32,000 nucleotides of DNA from Candidatus Velamenicoccus archaeovorus. Its GTDB lineage: Bacteria > Omnitrophota > Gorgyraeia > Velamenicoccales > Velamenicoccaceae. Of this stretch, positions 24,133-32,000 are shown one piece after another. Position numbers and translations under genes: made by a program. Positions within the stretch are counted from its first letter, which is position 1; each line of letters starts with the position of its first letter. Under the pieces are notes generated by a model. The model made no database searches, was not told the origin of the DNA, and was given only the letters and a program-made list of their open reading frames with translations. The stretch lies in assembly GCF_004102945.1 (NCBI RefSeq), contig NZ_CP019384.1, positions 930,001-962,000 of the forward strand, written 5' to 3'.

Positions 24133-26076
24133 TCATCGCATGTGATCTTCTTTAAGCCGCTCCATAACACTAATCAAACCAATGCTGAATCCTGCAGTAA
24201 TGCTTGAAAAAAAATGCGGTGTCGCAGTAAAACCGGCCAACAGAATGACAAAAACAGACAAAAAGAATATCTCGGTGATGATGGCATCGTCTTCTTCACT
24301 TCTAAACCACGGCATCCACTTGATGAATTTGATGATGATCATGGCACAAAAAACAAGAAAAAACAATACGCCTATGACACCCTGACGAGACAGCAGGGCT
24401 AACGGAAGGAAATGGATCGCATGAACTGCATGAATCATCCCTTTATAGAAGACCCGCATCGTGATATCGGGCGTACGAGAAAGATCGACTGTAGCACCAT
24501 TACCGAAGCCAAAAAGAAAAGTCCAAAAGTTTTGATTTTTGAACTTGTCGAGAACCGCTTTTGATTCAAAATATCTCTCATTCAAAGAGACATCCTTCAT
24601 GACATCAGTCTGGAATCTCTCAAGCAGATCAGAATCGGCGTTAAGAACAGAAAGCATCTCATTGACCGTTGGCTGACCATCAAAAACAATCGCCCCATCG
24701 AATAAAGCAATGCTCCCTGCTTGAGTGAACAATTGCAGATTGACAGTCTCAGTATTACTGCGTATAACTTTAGAAACCGTTAAAAATTCCCATCGTCCGG
24801 AACCGGAATGGTAAGAGGAATAATTAAACTCGTGCCCATTAACATTGTCCACAATGCCGATATAAACTTTTCTTGAATCAGTAGCATAAACCCAACAGCC
24901 AAAAGTCAAGGTGTGACCGGAGAGCGCAAATCTTTCAAATTCATCGGAAATACGCAACTGTGCATAATAAGGGCCTGCATCGTTGCGCTGGTTTTTGAGC
25001 GATAGACCAATGCTGCCTATTCTTGATTTTGTTGATTCCTTACCAAAAGCCCCCGTTTCATAAACAGTCCATCTTGGATGCTCTATTTTGATTGGGAGTG
25101 TCGTCGGCGCAACCGTCAAAAATTGCTTATTTTCACTAATACTTGGGCCCTTTGATTTTTTACTGCAGCGGCTGTTGTCAGTAGACCGTTTAGTTAAAAT
25201 TTCCTTTGCCAACAAATACATCTGCCCAGCTTTCATGGATACATGATGCGTTTGGAAAAAATATACTTTTTTGAAAAGATCGGACGAGCGCATAGTGATA
25301 AAGATACCCAAGGAAATGATGCAGAAGCCTACGACAGCTCTTTTGATAAATAACTTGTTTTTATGAACAAAAAACAGCAGGACAAAAGATAAGAATATCT
25401 GAATCATGAAAATCGTTCTGGTCCTGCTCAGTGAAACAAGCAAGGCGATCACGAACAACCCCAGGAATAAAAATCTGTTTTTTGACGGTTTGCCCAAAAG
25501 CCCGAGAGTCATCAAGGATGTCGTTACAACTGCCTCTGTGCTGTGATAGCCATACAGGCCTATGCGGAAGGGTACGGATTCGTAAGGTTGAATAATTCCC
25601 CAGTCAACGGGAAAAATAATAATGATAAACTGAACGACCAGCATAAAATAGAAGAAGCTTTTGACTTGAGCGTAATCCTTGATTTGGTTTTTAACAAGAA
25701 AATAAGCTAATGGGATGACGGCAAAAACAAACGTATCGCTCAGGAGATAGCGCAGGCTGTTCCCTCGTAGAACACCGACGGATAAGGCGATAATGTCTAC
25801 AACAAGCCAAGCCATAAAGATCCAGTCGCTTGTTTTGAAATCTCTTTTGGACATCAAAGCACGTCCAAGGGCATACAGAGAGAACAGCATAAAAGCAGGA
25901 CCGAAAAGCAATCCCCAGTATAGTTTGACCTGTCCGTCTACTAGGAACTGATTTGCATTTTTGGTCATCAAGGCGATATCGGGCAGCGAAAAAATAAAAA
26001 CCACCGCCAAAACGGCATAAAGCAGGGCGCCGTACAAATACAGCAATTTCATCTTAAAGGCTATGATTTGTTTCAT
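24133..26076 (-). CDS. large polytopic membrane protein, Wzy_C-like, with an inserted ~230-aa soluble beta-rich domain
   Basis: 647 aa. About 9 N-terminal TM helices ending in LVSLSRTRTIF. A hydrophilic insert (about aa 290-520) contains GHTLTFGCWVYATDSRKVYIGIVDNVNGHEFNYSSYHSGSGRWEFLTVSKV...VNLQLFTQAGSIALFDGAIVFDG, a CBM/jelly-roll-like pattern. This is followed by HAVHAIHFLPLALLSRQGVIG and further TM helices. Confidence 0.6.
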   Translation of the reverse strand: MKQIIAFKMKLLYLYGALLYAVLAVVFIFSLPDIALMTKNANQFLVDGQVKLYWGLLFGPAFMLFSLYALGRALMSKRDFKTSDWIFMAWLVVDIIALSVGVLRGNSLRYLLSDTFVFAVIPLAYFLVKNQIKDYAQVKSFFYFMLVVQFIIIIFPVDWGIIQPYESVPFRIGLYGYHSTEAVVTTSLMTLGLLGKPSKNRFLFLGLFVIALLVSLSRTRTIFMIQIFLSFVLLFFVHKNKLFIKRAVVGFCIISLGIFITMRSSDLFKKVYFFQTHHVSMKAGQMYLLAKEILTKRSTDNSRCSKKSKGPSISENKQFLTVAPTTLPIKIEHPRWTVYETGAFGKESTKSRIGSIGLSLKNQRNDAGPYYAQLRISDEFERFALSGHTLTFGCWVYATDSRKVYIGIVDNVNGHEFNYSSYHSGSGRWEFLTVSKVIRSNTETVNLQLFTQAGSIALFDGAIVFDGQPTVNEMLSVLNADSDLLERFQTDVMKDVSLNERYFESKAVLDKFKNQNFWTFLFGFGNGATVDLSRTPDITMRVFYKGMIHAVHAIHFLPLALLSRQGVIGVLFFLVFCAMIIIKFIKWMPWFRSEEDDAIITEIFFLSVFVILLAGFTATPHFFSSITAGFSIGLISVMERLKEDHMR

Positions 26077-26085
26077 CGTGATAGG

Positions 26086-26814
26086 TTATAGATGAACGAA
26101 ATAAGACGAAGCCGCTTTTAACTCTTCGGCTGAGTTGACATTGACATAATGGTCGCATAACACAAAAGATTCAACAATCCGGCCGTCATCAACCGCGCAC
26201 TGAATCAAATCGGGCAATTCGCGCTCTCCGCGCTGCTGATTGATGGGTGTCTTTTGGATATAATCAAATATCCCAGCCCTCATGAGGATATTTCCTGTGC
26301 CCATCCAATCATTGGGCGGATGCTGCGGCTTTTCAATCAGGCGGACGATCCTTTTGTCGGATCCGGAGATCACGGCATATGTTTTGCGGATCAGCTCTCG
26401 GTCTCCGACCTTAACGGAACCGCACAGACCAAAAAGGTCCTTGCGGGGAAAAAAATATTTTACCATCTTTTGATGAGCAGGATTAATGAGCAGCTCATCT
26501 CCTAGCATCAGCATAAAGTCTTCCCCATCCAGTACTTCTCTGGCGCACTCGATGGCGTGGACGACCCCCCTTTGCTCTTCCTGTTCGATGTATCGGATAG
26601 GAATAGAACGAAAAGACGAGCCATACGTCGTCCTGATCTCTTCAGCCTTGTAGCCGACCAAAATATCGATTTCGCGAAAACCTGCCTGATAGGCACATTC
26701 CAGGCTGTATTCGATTAAGGGTTTACCTGCGACTTTCAGCATGCATTTATTGATTGCTTGCGACATGTCGCCCAGGCGTTTGCCGCGGCCACCCGCTAAA
26801 ATCAAAACTTTCAT
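26086..26814 (-). CDS. sugar-1-phosphate nucleotidyltransferase
   Basis: ORF 26086..26910 trimmed to ATG 26814, which forms a TAATG overlap with the upstream stop. MKVLILAGGRGKRLG...GKPLIEYSLE is the NTP_transferase signature. Confidence 0.8.
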   Translation of the reverse strand: MKVLILAGGRGKRLGDMSQAINKCMLKVAGKPLIEYSLECAYQAGFREIDILVGYKAEEIRTTYGSSFRSIPIRYIEQEEQRGVVHAIECAREVLDGEDFMLMLGDELLINPAHQKMVKYFFPRKDLFGLCGSVKVGDRELIRKTYAVISGSDKRIVRLIEKPQHPPNDWMGTGNILMRAGIFDYIQKTPINQQRGERELPDLIQCAVDDGRIVESFVLCDHYVNVNSAEELKAASSYFVHL

Positions 26815-27854
26815 TAACGACGCCCTTCTTTTTGAAATATCTTTTTGTTTTCCTTGATCCAATCCAGGAGCTTCTTGATTCCGTCCCGCGGCATCACTTT
26901 TGGCTCCCAACGAAGGTTTTCCTGTGCCTTTGTGATGTTACAGACAAAATATTGCAAGTCTCCGTGCCGACCGGGTTCAAAACGCACCGAGGGCTTTTGT
27001 TTATTGATCTCCGCGATAATGTCGATGCATTCCAAAAGTGAAATGGCTGTTTTTTCACCGCCACCGATATTATAAATCCCAGGTTTTCTTGTTCGATAAA
27101 ATGCGTCGAATGCCTCGCAGACATCTGTCGCATATATGATGTCGCGAACCTGTTTGCCGGTGCCAAAAATCGTCAGGGGCCATTCCAGGACGCTGCGAAT
27201 GGAAAAATTAGCCACCCATCCGTGGTCTTCGCCTCCAAATTGGCGTGTGCCGTAAATGCCTGTGAGACGAAAACTTGCAGCCTCCAGATGGTAGGTATCG
27301 ATATATGTCTTGATATAAATGTCTCCCGCGCCCTTGGAGGCGTGCAAAGGAGTCAGAACGCCTTCCAGGGTCGGATGGTTCTCGTCGATCCCTGCCGGGA
27401 TTCTTGTATATTTATGCGCATCTTCCTTCAGGGTATCGTTGATCTTATTACCGTAAACATGGACGGTGGCGCAACAGGCAACGGGGATCTTCAGGGCCCT
27501 CGCCGCCTCAAGGACGTTAAACGTCCCTAAGACATTTGTCGTGATATCGAGGCGCGGATCTTCCCAGCTGATCGTCATCGCCGGCTGTGCAGCCGTATGA
27601 ATGATGTAATCACAATCCTTGGACCATTTAAGAAGTACGTTACAATCCCTGATATCGGCTTTCACCATCTTGACGCCGAGCTTTTTTAAGTGGTCCCAGT
27701 TGTAGCTTCGTGCCGCATCTTGCGCAAATCCCGTCCGGGCCAATTCATGCTTGGTCATATTATCGTACGAGATAACCCTGTCTCCTCTACGGGTATAAAA
27801 TTCACAGACATGCGACCCCAGGAAACCGCAACCCCCAGTCACCAAAACCTTCAT
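26814..27854 (-). CDS. extended-SDR NAD-dependent epimerase/dehydratase, CDP-tyvelose/paratose 2-epimerase-like
   Basis: ORF trimmed to ATG 27854 (ATGA overlap with the upstream gene). MKVLVTGGCGFLGSH Rossmann motif; YDNMTK...NW; GTRQFGGEDHGWVANF; GTGKQVRDIIYATD. The expected YxxxK reads L170-H-A-S-K174 (nt 27333..27347). Confidence 0.8.
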   Translation of the reverse strand: MKVLVTGGCGFLGSHVCEFYTRRGDRVISYDNMTKHELARTGFAQDAARSYNWDHLKKLGVKMVKADIRDCNVLLKWSKDCDYIIHTAAQPAMTISWEDPRLDITTNVLGTFNVLEAARALKIPVACCATVHVYGNKINDTLKEDAHKYTRIPAGIDENHPTLEGVLTPLHASKGAGDIYIKTYIDTYHLEAASFRLTGIYGTRQFGGEDHGWVANFSIRSVLEWPLTIFGTGKQVRDIIYATDVCEAFDAFYRTRKPGIYNIGGGEKTAISLLECIDIIAEINKQKPSVRFEPGRHGDLQYFVCNITKAQENLRWEPKVMPRDGIKKLLDWIKENKKIFQKEGRR

Positions 27855-29026
27855 ACAACCCCCTTCTTGTCTCGGTATACTTCCGTAAATATCCTTAGAT
27901 TTTCTTTTGCGAAATTCTCCCATGTCAGGTTCTTTTCGACCCATTCGCGGGAAATCCTGGCCTTCTCTGCATAACTCTTTCTGTTTTGATAAATTTCCAT
28001 GACAGCCTCGGCATAATCATTGGTGACTATTCCGAGATCATGGGTTTTAATAAGATCCGACGCACCCATAGTCTCTGAAACGATGACTGGAGTACCAGCG
28101 CAAAGTGCTTCAAACGGAGCAAGCCATCCTCCCTGCGTTTTAACAGGAAAAAGCGCAAGGTCGCTGACGTGGTAGAGCTCGACAATATCTTTCCTTGCCA
28201 GAGGTCCCAAAAAGAAGACGCTGTCTTTTAAGCCGTGTGCGTCGATAAAAGAATCAAGTTCCCGTCTATAATCCTGGTTTTCCGGGCCGGCCAGAACCAG
28301 ACAGGTCTGCGCAAACACCTTTTTGACAGAAAATAAGGCCTTAATGCTCTCTAATTGGTTCTTTTGTACAGTAACTGTACCGACCTGAGTTATAACGAAG
28401 TGGCCTGAAAGCCCGTATTTATGCAAAATGCTTTGTCTGTCAACAGGAGGCCTGGAAAAAAAATCAAAATCAATGCCGTAGGGAACGATGTCCACCCGAT
28501 GCCGGTATCTTTTCTTGATACGGTCGGCATTGATGCGATCTGCGCCGCATATCCTTTTTGCCGTTCTGCGGACAAGGTAACCGTCGATATGCGCCCCGAC
28601 AGAATTTAAAAGCGCATGCAACGGTGAACGGGATAATGTATTCCATGAGTCGGGAGGCTCGTTACACATCCAGACGGCATCGCGCACCCCGGCCAAGGCG
28701 CAGGCCCACGTCGCGGGAAAATTATGAATATGGACAACATCGGCTTTGCTCAGATGTATTTTGATCAAGTCCCTTAAGAGAAAAATCTGTTTCATAAAGT
28801 CGGCGATGCCATCTGCGAGATTCTTGTGATGAAGGGCCGGCATCACGGGCTCCGGCGGCAGATAGAAAGGAATGTCCGCACACGCACGCCTGACTTCATC
28901 GCAGACAGACAAAGTCAAGATACTCACGTTTTGCCCCGAGTTTCTTAGTTCATTCGCCAGGTGAATGACGACGGTTTCGGCACCGCCGTAAAATGACATC
29001 TGTGGATGAACTAACAAAATTTTCAT
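27851..29026 (-). CDS. glycosyltransferase family 4 (GT-B)
   Basis: 391 aa. MKILLVHPQMSFYGGAETVVIHLANEL; C-terminal GGWLAPFEALCAGTPVIVSE (EX7E-type region). Confidence 0.85.
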   Translation of the reverse strand: MKILLVHPQMSFYGGAETVVIHLANELRNSGQNVSILTLSVCDEVRRACADIPFYLPPEPVMPALHHKNLADGIADFMKQIFLLRDLIKIHLSKADVVHIHNFPATWACALAGVRDAVWMCNEPPDSWNTLSRSPLHALLNSVGAHIDGYLVRRTAKRICGADRINADRIKKRYRHRVDIVPYGIDFDFFSRPPVDRQSILHKYGLSGHFVITQVGTVTVQKNQLESIKALFSVKKVFAQTCLVLAGPENQDYRRELDSFIDAHGLKDSVFFLGPLARKDIVELYHVSDLALFPVKTQGGWLAPFEALCAGTPVIVSETMGASDLIKTHDLGIVTNDYAEAVMEIYQNRKSYAEKARISREWVEKNLTWENFAKENLRIFTEVYRDKKGVV

Positions 29027-29045
29027 AGATCCAGTGCACCCAAAA

Positions 29046-30029
29046 CTAAGAGCGTATTTTTTCGATGAGTCGATAGATACCGATTTTTCTTAAAAAAGCT
29101 TTTATATTTTTCAACCCTTTTTGCCCAACAAGTTTTAAAATTAAACTTTGGAGAATGATCAGGCGCTCGGTTGTTAAAATTCTTTGTCGCCAACTAAAAT
29201 GAGCCCGATAATTAAAAACGTGACAGACGATATCCTCATAGCGATCTTGCAGTAAAGGCGTTTGCCTCTGAGTTGATTCCTCCCGGTTGAATTCAAACCA
29301 GATATGCCTCGGTGTTAGTCGCTTGATAGGTCGTGAATTAAATCCAGTAAGGGAAGCTAAAAAACCAAGAGAATTTTCAGAAAAAGTAAAAGTATGATCC
29401 TTCCGAAATAGATAATCTCTTCCTGTGTGAGGATCACCGTAAAGATGCCAGACGTCAGGAGTTTCAATCACAACCCTTCCTTTGTCATCTAAAAGAGAGT
29501 TAATTTTTTTCATGAAGGTCACTGCTGAAGAAGTATGCTCTATAACATGAAAAGCTAAAACAAGATCAAAACGATGGCGTGAGACAAAATCTTCTAAAAA
29601 GCAATTATAAACTTTTAATCCTTTGTCACAGGAAGACTTGCATAATGAGATAGAAGGTTCTATTCCTTCTACACAATAGCCGTCTTTCTCCAAAAGCTTC
29701 ATTAATCCACCATGGCCACATCCGATTTCTAAAATTTTCATCCTTCTAGGATCGTACTCTGAAAAATTTTCTTTAATATAGTTACGGATATAATTAAAAC
29801 GGTGTCCGTCTATGACGGACATTAAATCGGCGCCTATTAAGCCATAAAGATCTTCTGAAAAATGATTAGCATAAAATGAGTTTAACTCCCCATTCTCTAA
29901 ACGCGGATTCTGAAAAACAAGTCCGCATTGGCAACAGACGACATTTGTCACAGGGTGTCTGAATCGTCCCATTGCTTCAATAGTAATATAGCGATCGCTC
30001 TGACAAAGATCGCATCGGATATAAACCAT
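29046..30029 (-). CDS. class I SAM-dependent methyltransferase with N-terminal Cys4 zinc-ribbon-like motif
   Basis: 327 aa. CDLC...CCQCGLVF; ILEIGCGHGGLMKLLEKDGYCVEGIEPS (motif I); FDLVLAFHVIEH. Confidence 0.8.
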   Translation of the reverse strand: MVYIRCDLCQSDRYITIEAMGRFRHPVTNVVCCQCGLVFQNPRLENGELNSFYANHFSEDLYGLIGADLMSVIDGHRFNYIRNYIKENFSEYDPRRMKILEIGCGHGGLMKLLEKDGYCVEGIEPSISLCKSSCDKGLKVYNCFLEDFVSRHRFDLVLAFHVIEHTSSAVTFMKKINSLLDDKGRVVIETPDVWHLYGDPHTGRDYLFRKDHTFTFSENSLGFLASLTGFNSRPIKRLTPRHIWFEFNREESTQRQTPLLQDRYEDIVCHVFNYRAHFSWRQRILTTERLIILQSLILKLVGQKGLKNIKAFLRKIGIYRLIEKIRS

Positions 30030-30041
30030 AGAAACGCTCCT

Positions 30042-31085
30042 TTATAAAGCGAGTCGGGCCATTAGACAGCGCCCTTTCTTTTTTAAATCCTTGGCACCAT
30101 AAAAAAGATAAACCTGTCCACTATCCATAAAAACATGCGGCGAGTTAACAACCTTTGAGTCATACCCCTCTTCAGATCCTTTGGTTAGAATGGGATTATC
30201 AATGTATTTTTCCCATTTTATGAGATCTTGGGAAAAAGCTAAGCCGATTCCATATTCATTAAAACGATTTTGACCTTCATAGAACGCGACATAGCTATCC
30301 TCTAAGGGGAGGATGCTAACAATTAAAGCACTACTTTCATCCCATCCACCCTGACAACCGGGTTGAAGAATGGGCTCGCTATTTCTACGCCAGGAAAAAA
30401 GATCTCTTGAAACGGCAAGCCCCGTTCTCACTTTTTTCCCATCAGAACCTCCGTAAAACAGAAAAAACTGTTCACCAAATTTTAGCACACAGGGTGAGAA
30501 GACTCCGCAAGAATCCCAGGAGTGCTTATGACCAACCGCAAAAACAGGATTGCTGGTTTCAAATTGCCAATGAATCTTGTTCCTGGAGATAGCAATGCCT
30601 ATAGCCCTTCCCTTTGCATGTTGAATGACCTGAGAGGAGGTCTTAGATAGCGATCTATACAATTTTCTATAAACACTCCCAGCTATTCTTTGTAAAGAAT
30701 ATGGACAACAATTTACCCAATGCTTCATCAACCCATTCACATGTTTCTCGACAGCTTCAAAAAAAAGATAATCATTGTTATGATAAGACAGCCACGCAAC
30801 AGCATCGATATTATGGTTCAAAACCCCCTGATGTTTTGAGGATATGACAGGGTTTCCTGGATATTTCATCCAATGTATCAAATCTCTAGAATACGCCAAT
30901 CCAATTCCCCAGAGATTGGACTTCGTGCTACGCCCAGTGTAGAATAAAAAGGCATCTTTTCCTGGGGGGCGAAAAACAAAAGGACAATCCACCATCAAAT
31001 CATCCCAAGCACCCTTTCCTCCTACGTCTAGCACAGGAGTAGGGTGTCTGTTCCATTGGCCTCCTAGAAACGATGCTAACTTCAA
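30042..31085 (-). CDS. five-bladed beta-propeller glycoside-hydrolase-like protein (GH43/32/130-type fold; family uncertain)
   Basis: 347 aa, TTG start. Four repeats of the blade pattern W(D/E)...v..P.v......y.(F/L)FY.g.....x(I/T)GLA.S.DL..W. Examples: WDDLMVDCPFVF..FLFYTG..WGIGLAYSRDLIHW; WDSCGVFSPCVL..FLFYGG..TGLAVSRDLFSW; WDESSALIVSIL..VAFYEG..YGIGLAFSQDLIKW. Confidence 0.55.
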   Translation of the reverse strand: MKLASFLGGQWNRHPTPVLDVGGKGAWDDLMVDCPFVFRPPGKDAFLFYTGRSTKSNLWGIGLAYSRDLIHWMKYPGNPVISSKHQGVLNHNIDAVAWLSYHNNDYLFFEAVEKHVNGLMKHWVNCCPYSLQRIAGSVYRKLYRSLSKTSSQVIQHAKGRAIGIAISRNKIHWQFETSNPVFAVGHKHSWDSCGVFSPCVLKFGEQFFLFYGGSDGKKVRTGLAVSRDLFSWRRNSEPILQPGCQGGWDESSALIVSILPLEDSYVAFYEGQNRFNEYGIGLAFSQDLIKWEKYIDNPILTKGSEEGYDSKVVNSPHVFMDSGQVYLFYGAKDLKKKGRCLMARLAL

Positions 31086-31094
31086 GTTAAATCC

Positions 31095-32000
31095 TCAAAA
31101 ATCCCCTAGAAGATATTTTTTAAAAACTATTCCATGCAAACAAAGGATGATAATTGAATACAAAAGTAGCCCCGTCACCACTAAAGAATAACAATGCCAT
31201 TTCCATGGAAAAAATAATAAAAACAGCATCCCCAATACAAAAAACCCCAAAGTCTTCAGCACTTTTTGAAGCCGAAATGGAAAAAAGTTTTTAGTGGAAT
31301 AAAAATAAAAAAAGAAAGTCAAAATATCTGCAGCAACTTTTGCAAAAGCAGCTCCCTTGATCGACAAAAATGGCACCAAAATCAAGTTTAAAACGACATT
31401 CGCCAGCGCAGTCATCACAGCAATTTTTCCGATCAGACCTTGTTGATCATAACACAAAAGACAACGGGAATACACTAGAGCCAATAACATCAACAGAGGC
31501 CACCAAATAAGAACTGCAAAAACAGGACCGCTCAAAGTGAATGCTTGGCCATAAATTAAAATCATCAAAGGAGTCGCCCAATAAGTTCCTAAAACAGCGA
31601 TTGGAAAAAACAAAAAAAACCCCGTGAGAATTGTCCAATAGATCACCGCTTTCATCGCGTGAGATGATTCATGCGCAGCTTTTGACATGATCGGGAGTAA
31701 CGCGTTAAAGTAAACCGTCAATGCAGTTATCATCAAAATGATCGGTCGGTAAGCAGCGTTATACAAACCGGCTGCACTCCCCCCTTTCCATAAAAATAAC
31801 AACATTGAATCAAAATAATGGATAACCCAAGCCATCAGGAGACTTAAACCCAGAGGAGCTGTGTCTCGAAGAGTCTTGCGAAAAAATTTCTTATCCCATA
31901 CAATAGCGAGGGAGCCAAATCTATTTCTGTAGAGTATAAACAAGGAAAATGTTGAACAAAGCCACGAAATATTAAATATTAAAGTGAAGATAAGTAGCTG
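31095..32000 (-). CDS. Wzx-type polysaccharide flippase (MOP superfamily); N-terminus lies beyond the window edge
   Basis: The ORF track starts it at TTG 31943, but my translation of 31944..32000 (QLLIFTLIFNISWLCSTFS) has no stop, so the frame stays open to the window end. Polytopic; SAAGLYNAAYRPIILMITALTVYFNALLPIMSKA is typical of the C-terminal half of Wzx. Confidence 0.7.
   Translation of the reverse strand, partial: QLLIFTLIFNISWLCSTFSLFILYRNRFGSLAIVWDKKFFRKTLRDTAPLGLSLLMAWVIHYFDSMLLFLWKGGSAAGLYNAAYRPIILMITALTVYFNALLPIMSKAAHESSHAMKAVIYWTILTGFFLFFPIAVLGTYWATPLMILIYGQAFTLSGPVFAVLIWWPLLMLLALVYSRCLLCYDQQGLIGKIAVMTALANVVLNLILVPFLSIKGAAFAKVAADILTFFFYFYSTKNFFPFRLQKVLKTLGFFVLGMLFLLFFPWKWHCYSLVVTGLLLYSIIILCLHGIVFKKYLLGDF

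Noticed and set aside
26815-27944. N-terminal extensions in the ORF track for the nucleotidyltransferase (to 26910) and the SDR (to 27944)
   Set aside because: Both families start at the glycine-rich N-terminal motifs (MKVLILAGGRG, MKVLVTGGCG). The internal ATGs make TAATG and ATGA overlaps with the upstream stops, matching the coupling style of the operon.

Overview
32-kb chromosomal fragment, apparently from an uncultivated-type bacterium. GC is mid-range overall, with AT-richer blocks at about 24.1-26.1 kb and 29-32 kb (judged from hand-counted 60-nt lines only). I found no rRNA, tRNA, CRISPR array, transposase or integrase. I accept 31 protein genes, 30 of them on the minus strand. They are tightly packed, with many stop/start overlaps (ATGA, GTGA, TAATG). 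Block 1 (1-3.2 kb) holds two tandem paralogous secreted proteins, followed on the same strand by a translationally coupled cassette. The cassette encodes two small HxsD-like proteins, a radical SAM enzyme with a Cys-rich SPASM/twitch-like tail, a DUF5674-like protein and an unknown protein that runs off the window. This is my best candidate for an undescribed protein or peptide maturation system. Block 2 (3.2-11.4 kb) is housekeeping: malQ, gap, two tandem GalT-family uridylyltransferase paralogs (one lacking the nucleophilic His), fmt, and a priA homolog whose helicase/ATPase motifs are all degenerate. Block 3 (11.4-32 kb) is envelope glycan biosynthesis. It starts with an MGDG-synthase-like GT28, heptose genes (nucleotidyltransferase, gmhB) and a GT9 heptosyltransferase. 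It continues with a 17-kb O-antigen/EPS-type operon encoding two NodU/TobZ-type carbamoyltransferases flanking a methyltransferase, GT2, a DegT aminotransferase, two Wzy_C-type membrane proteins (one with an inserted jelly-roll-like domain), a B12-radical SAM enzyme, a nucleotidyltransferase, a tyvelose-epimerase-like SDR, GT4, a second methyltransferase, a beta-propeller GH-like protein and a truncated Wzx. The two carbamoyltransferase genes share a 641-bp block of perfect nucleotide identity that matches their C-terminal domain. All family assignments come from motif recognition by eye; no searches were run.
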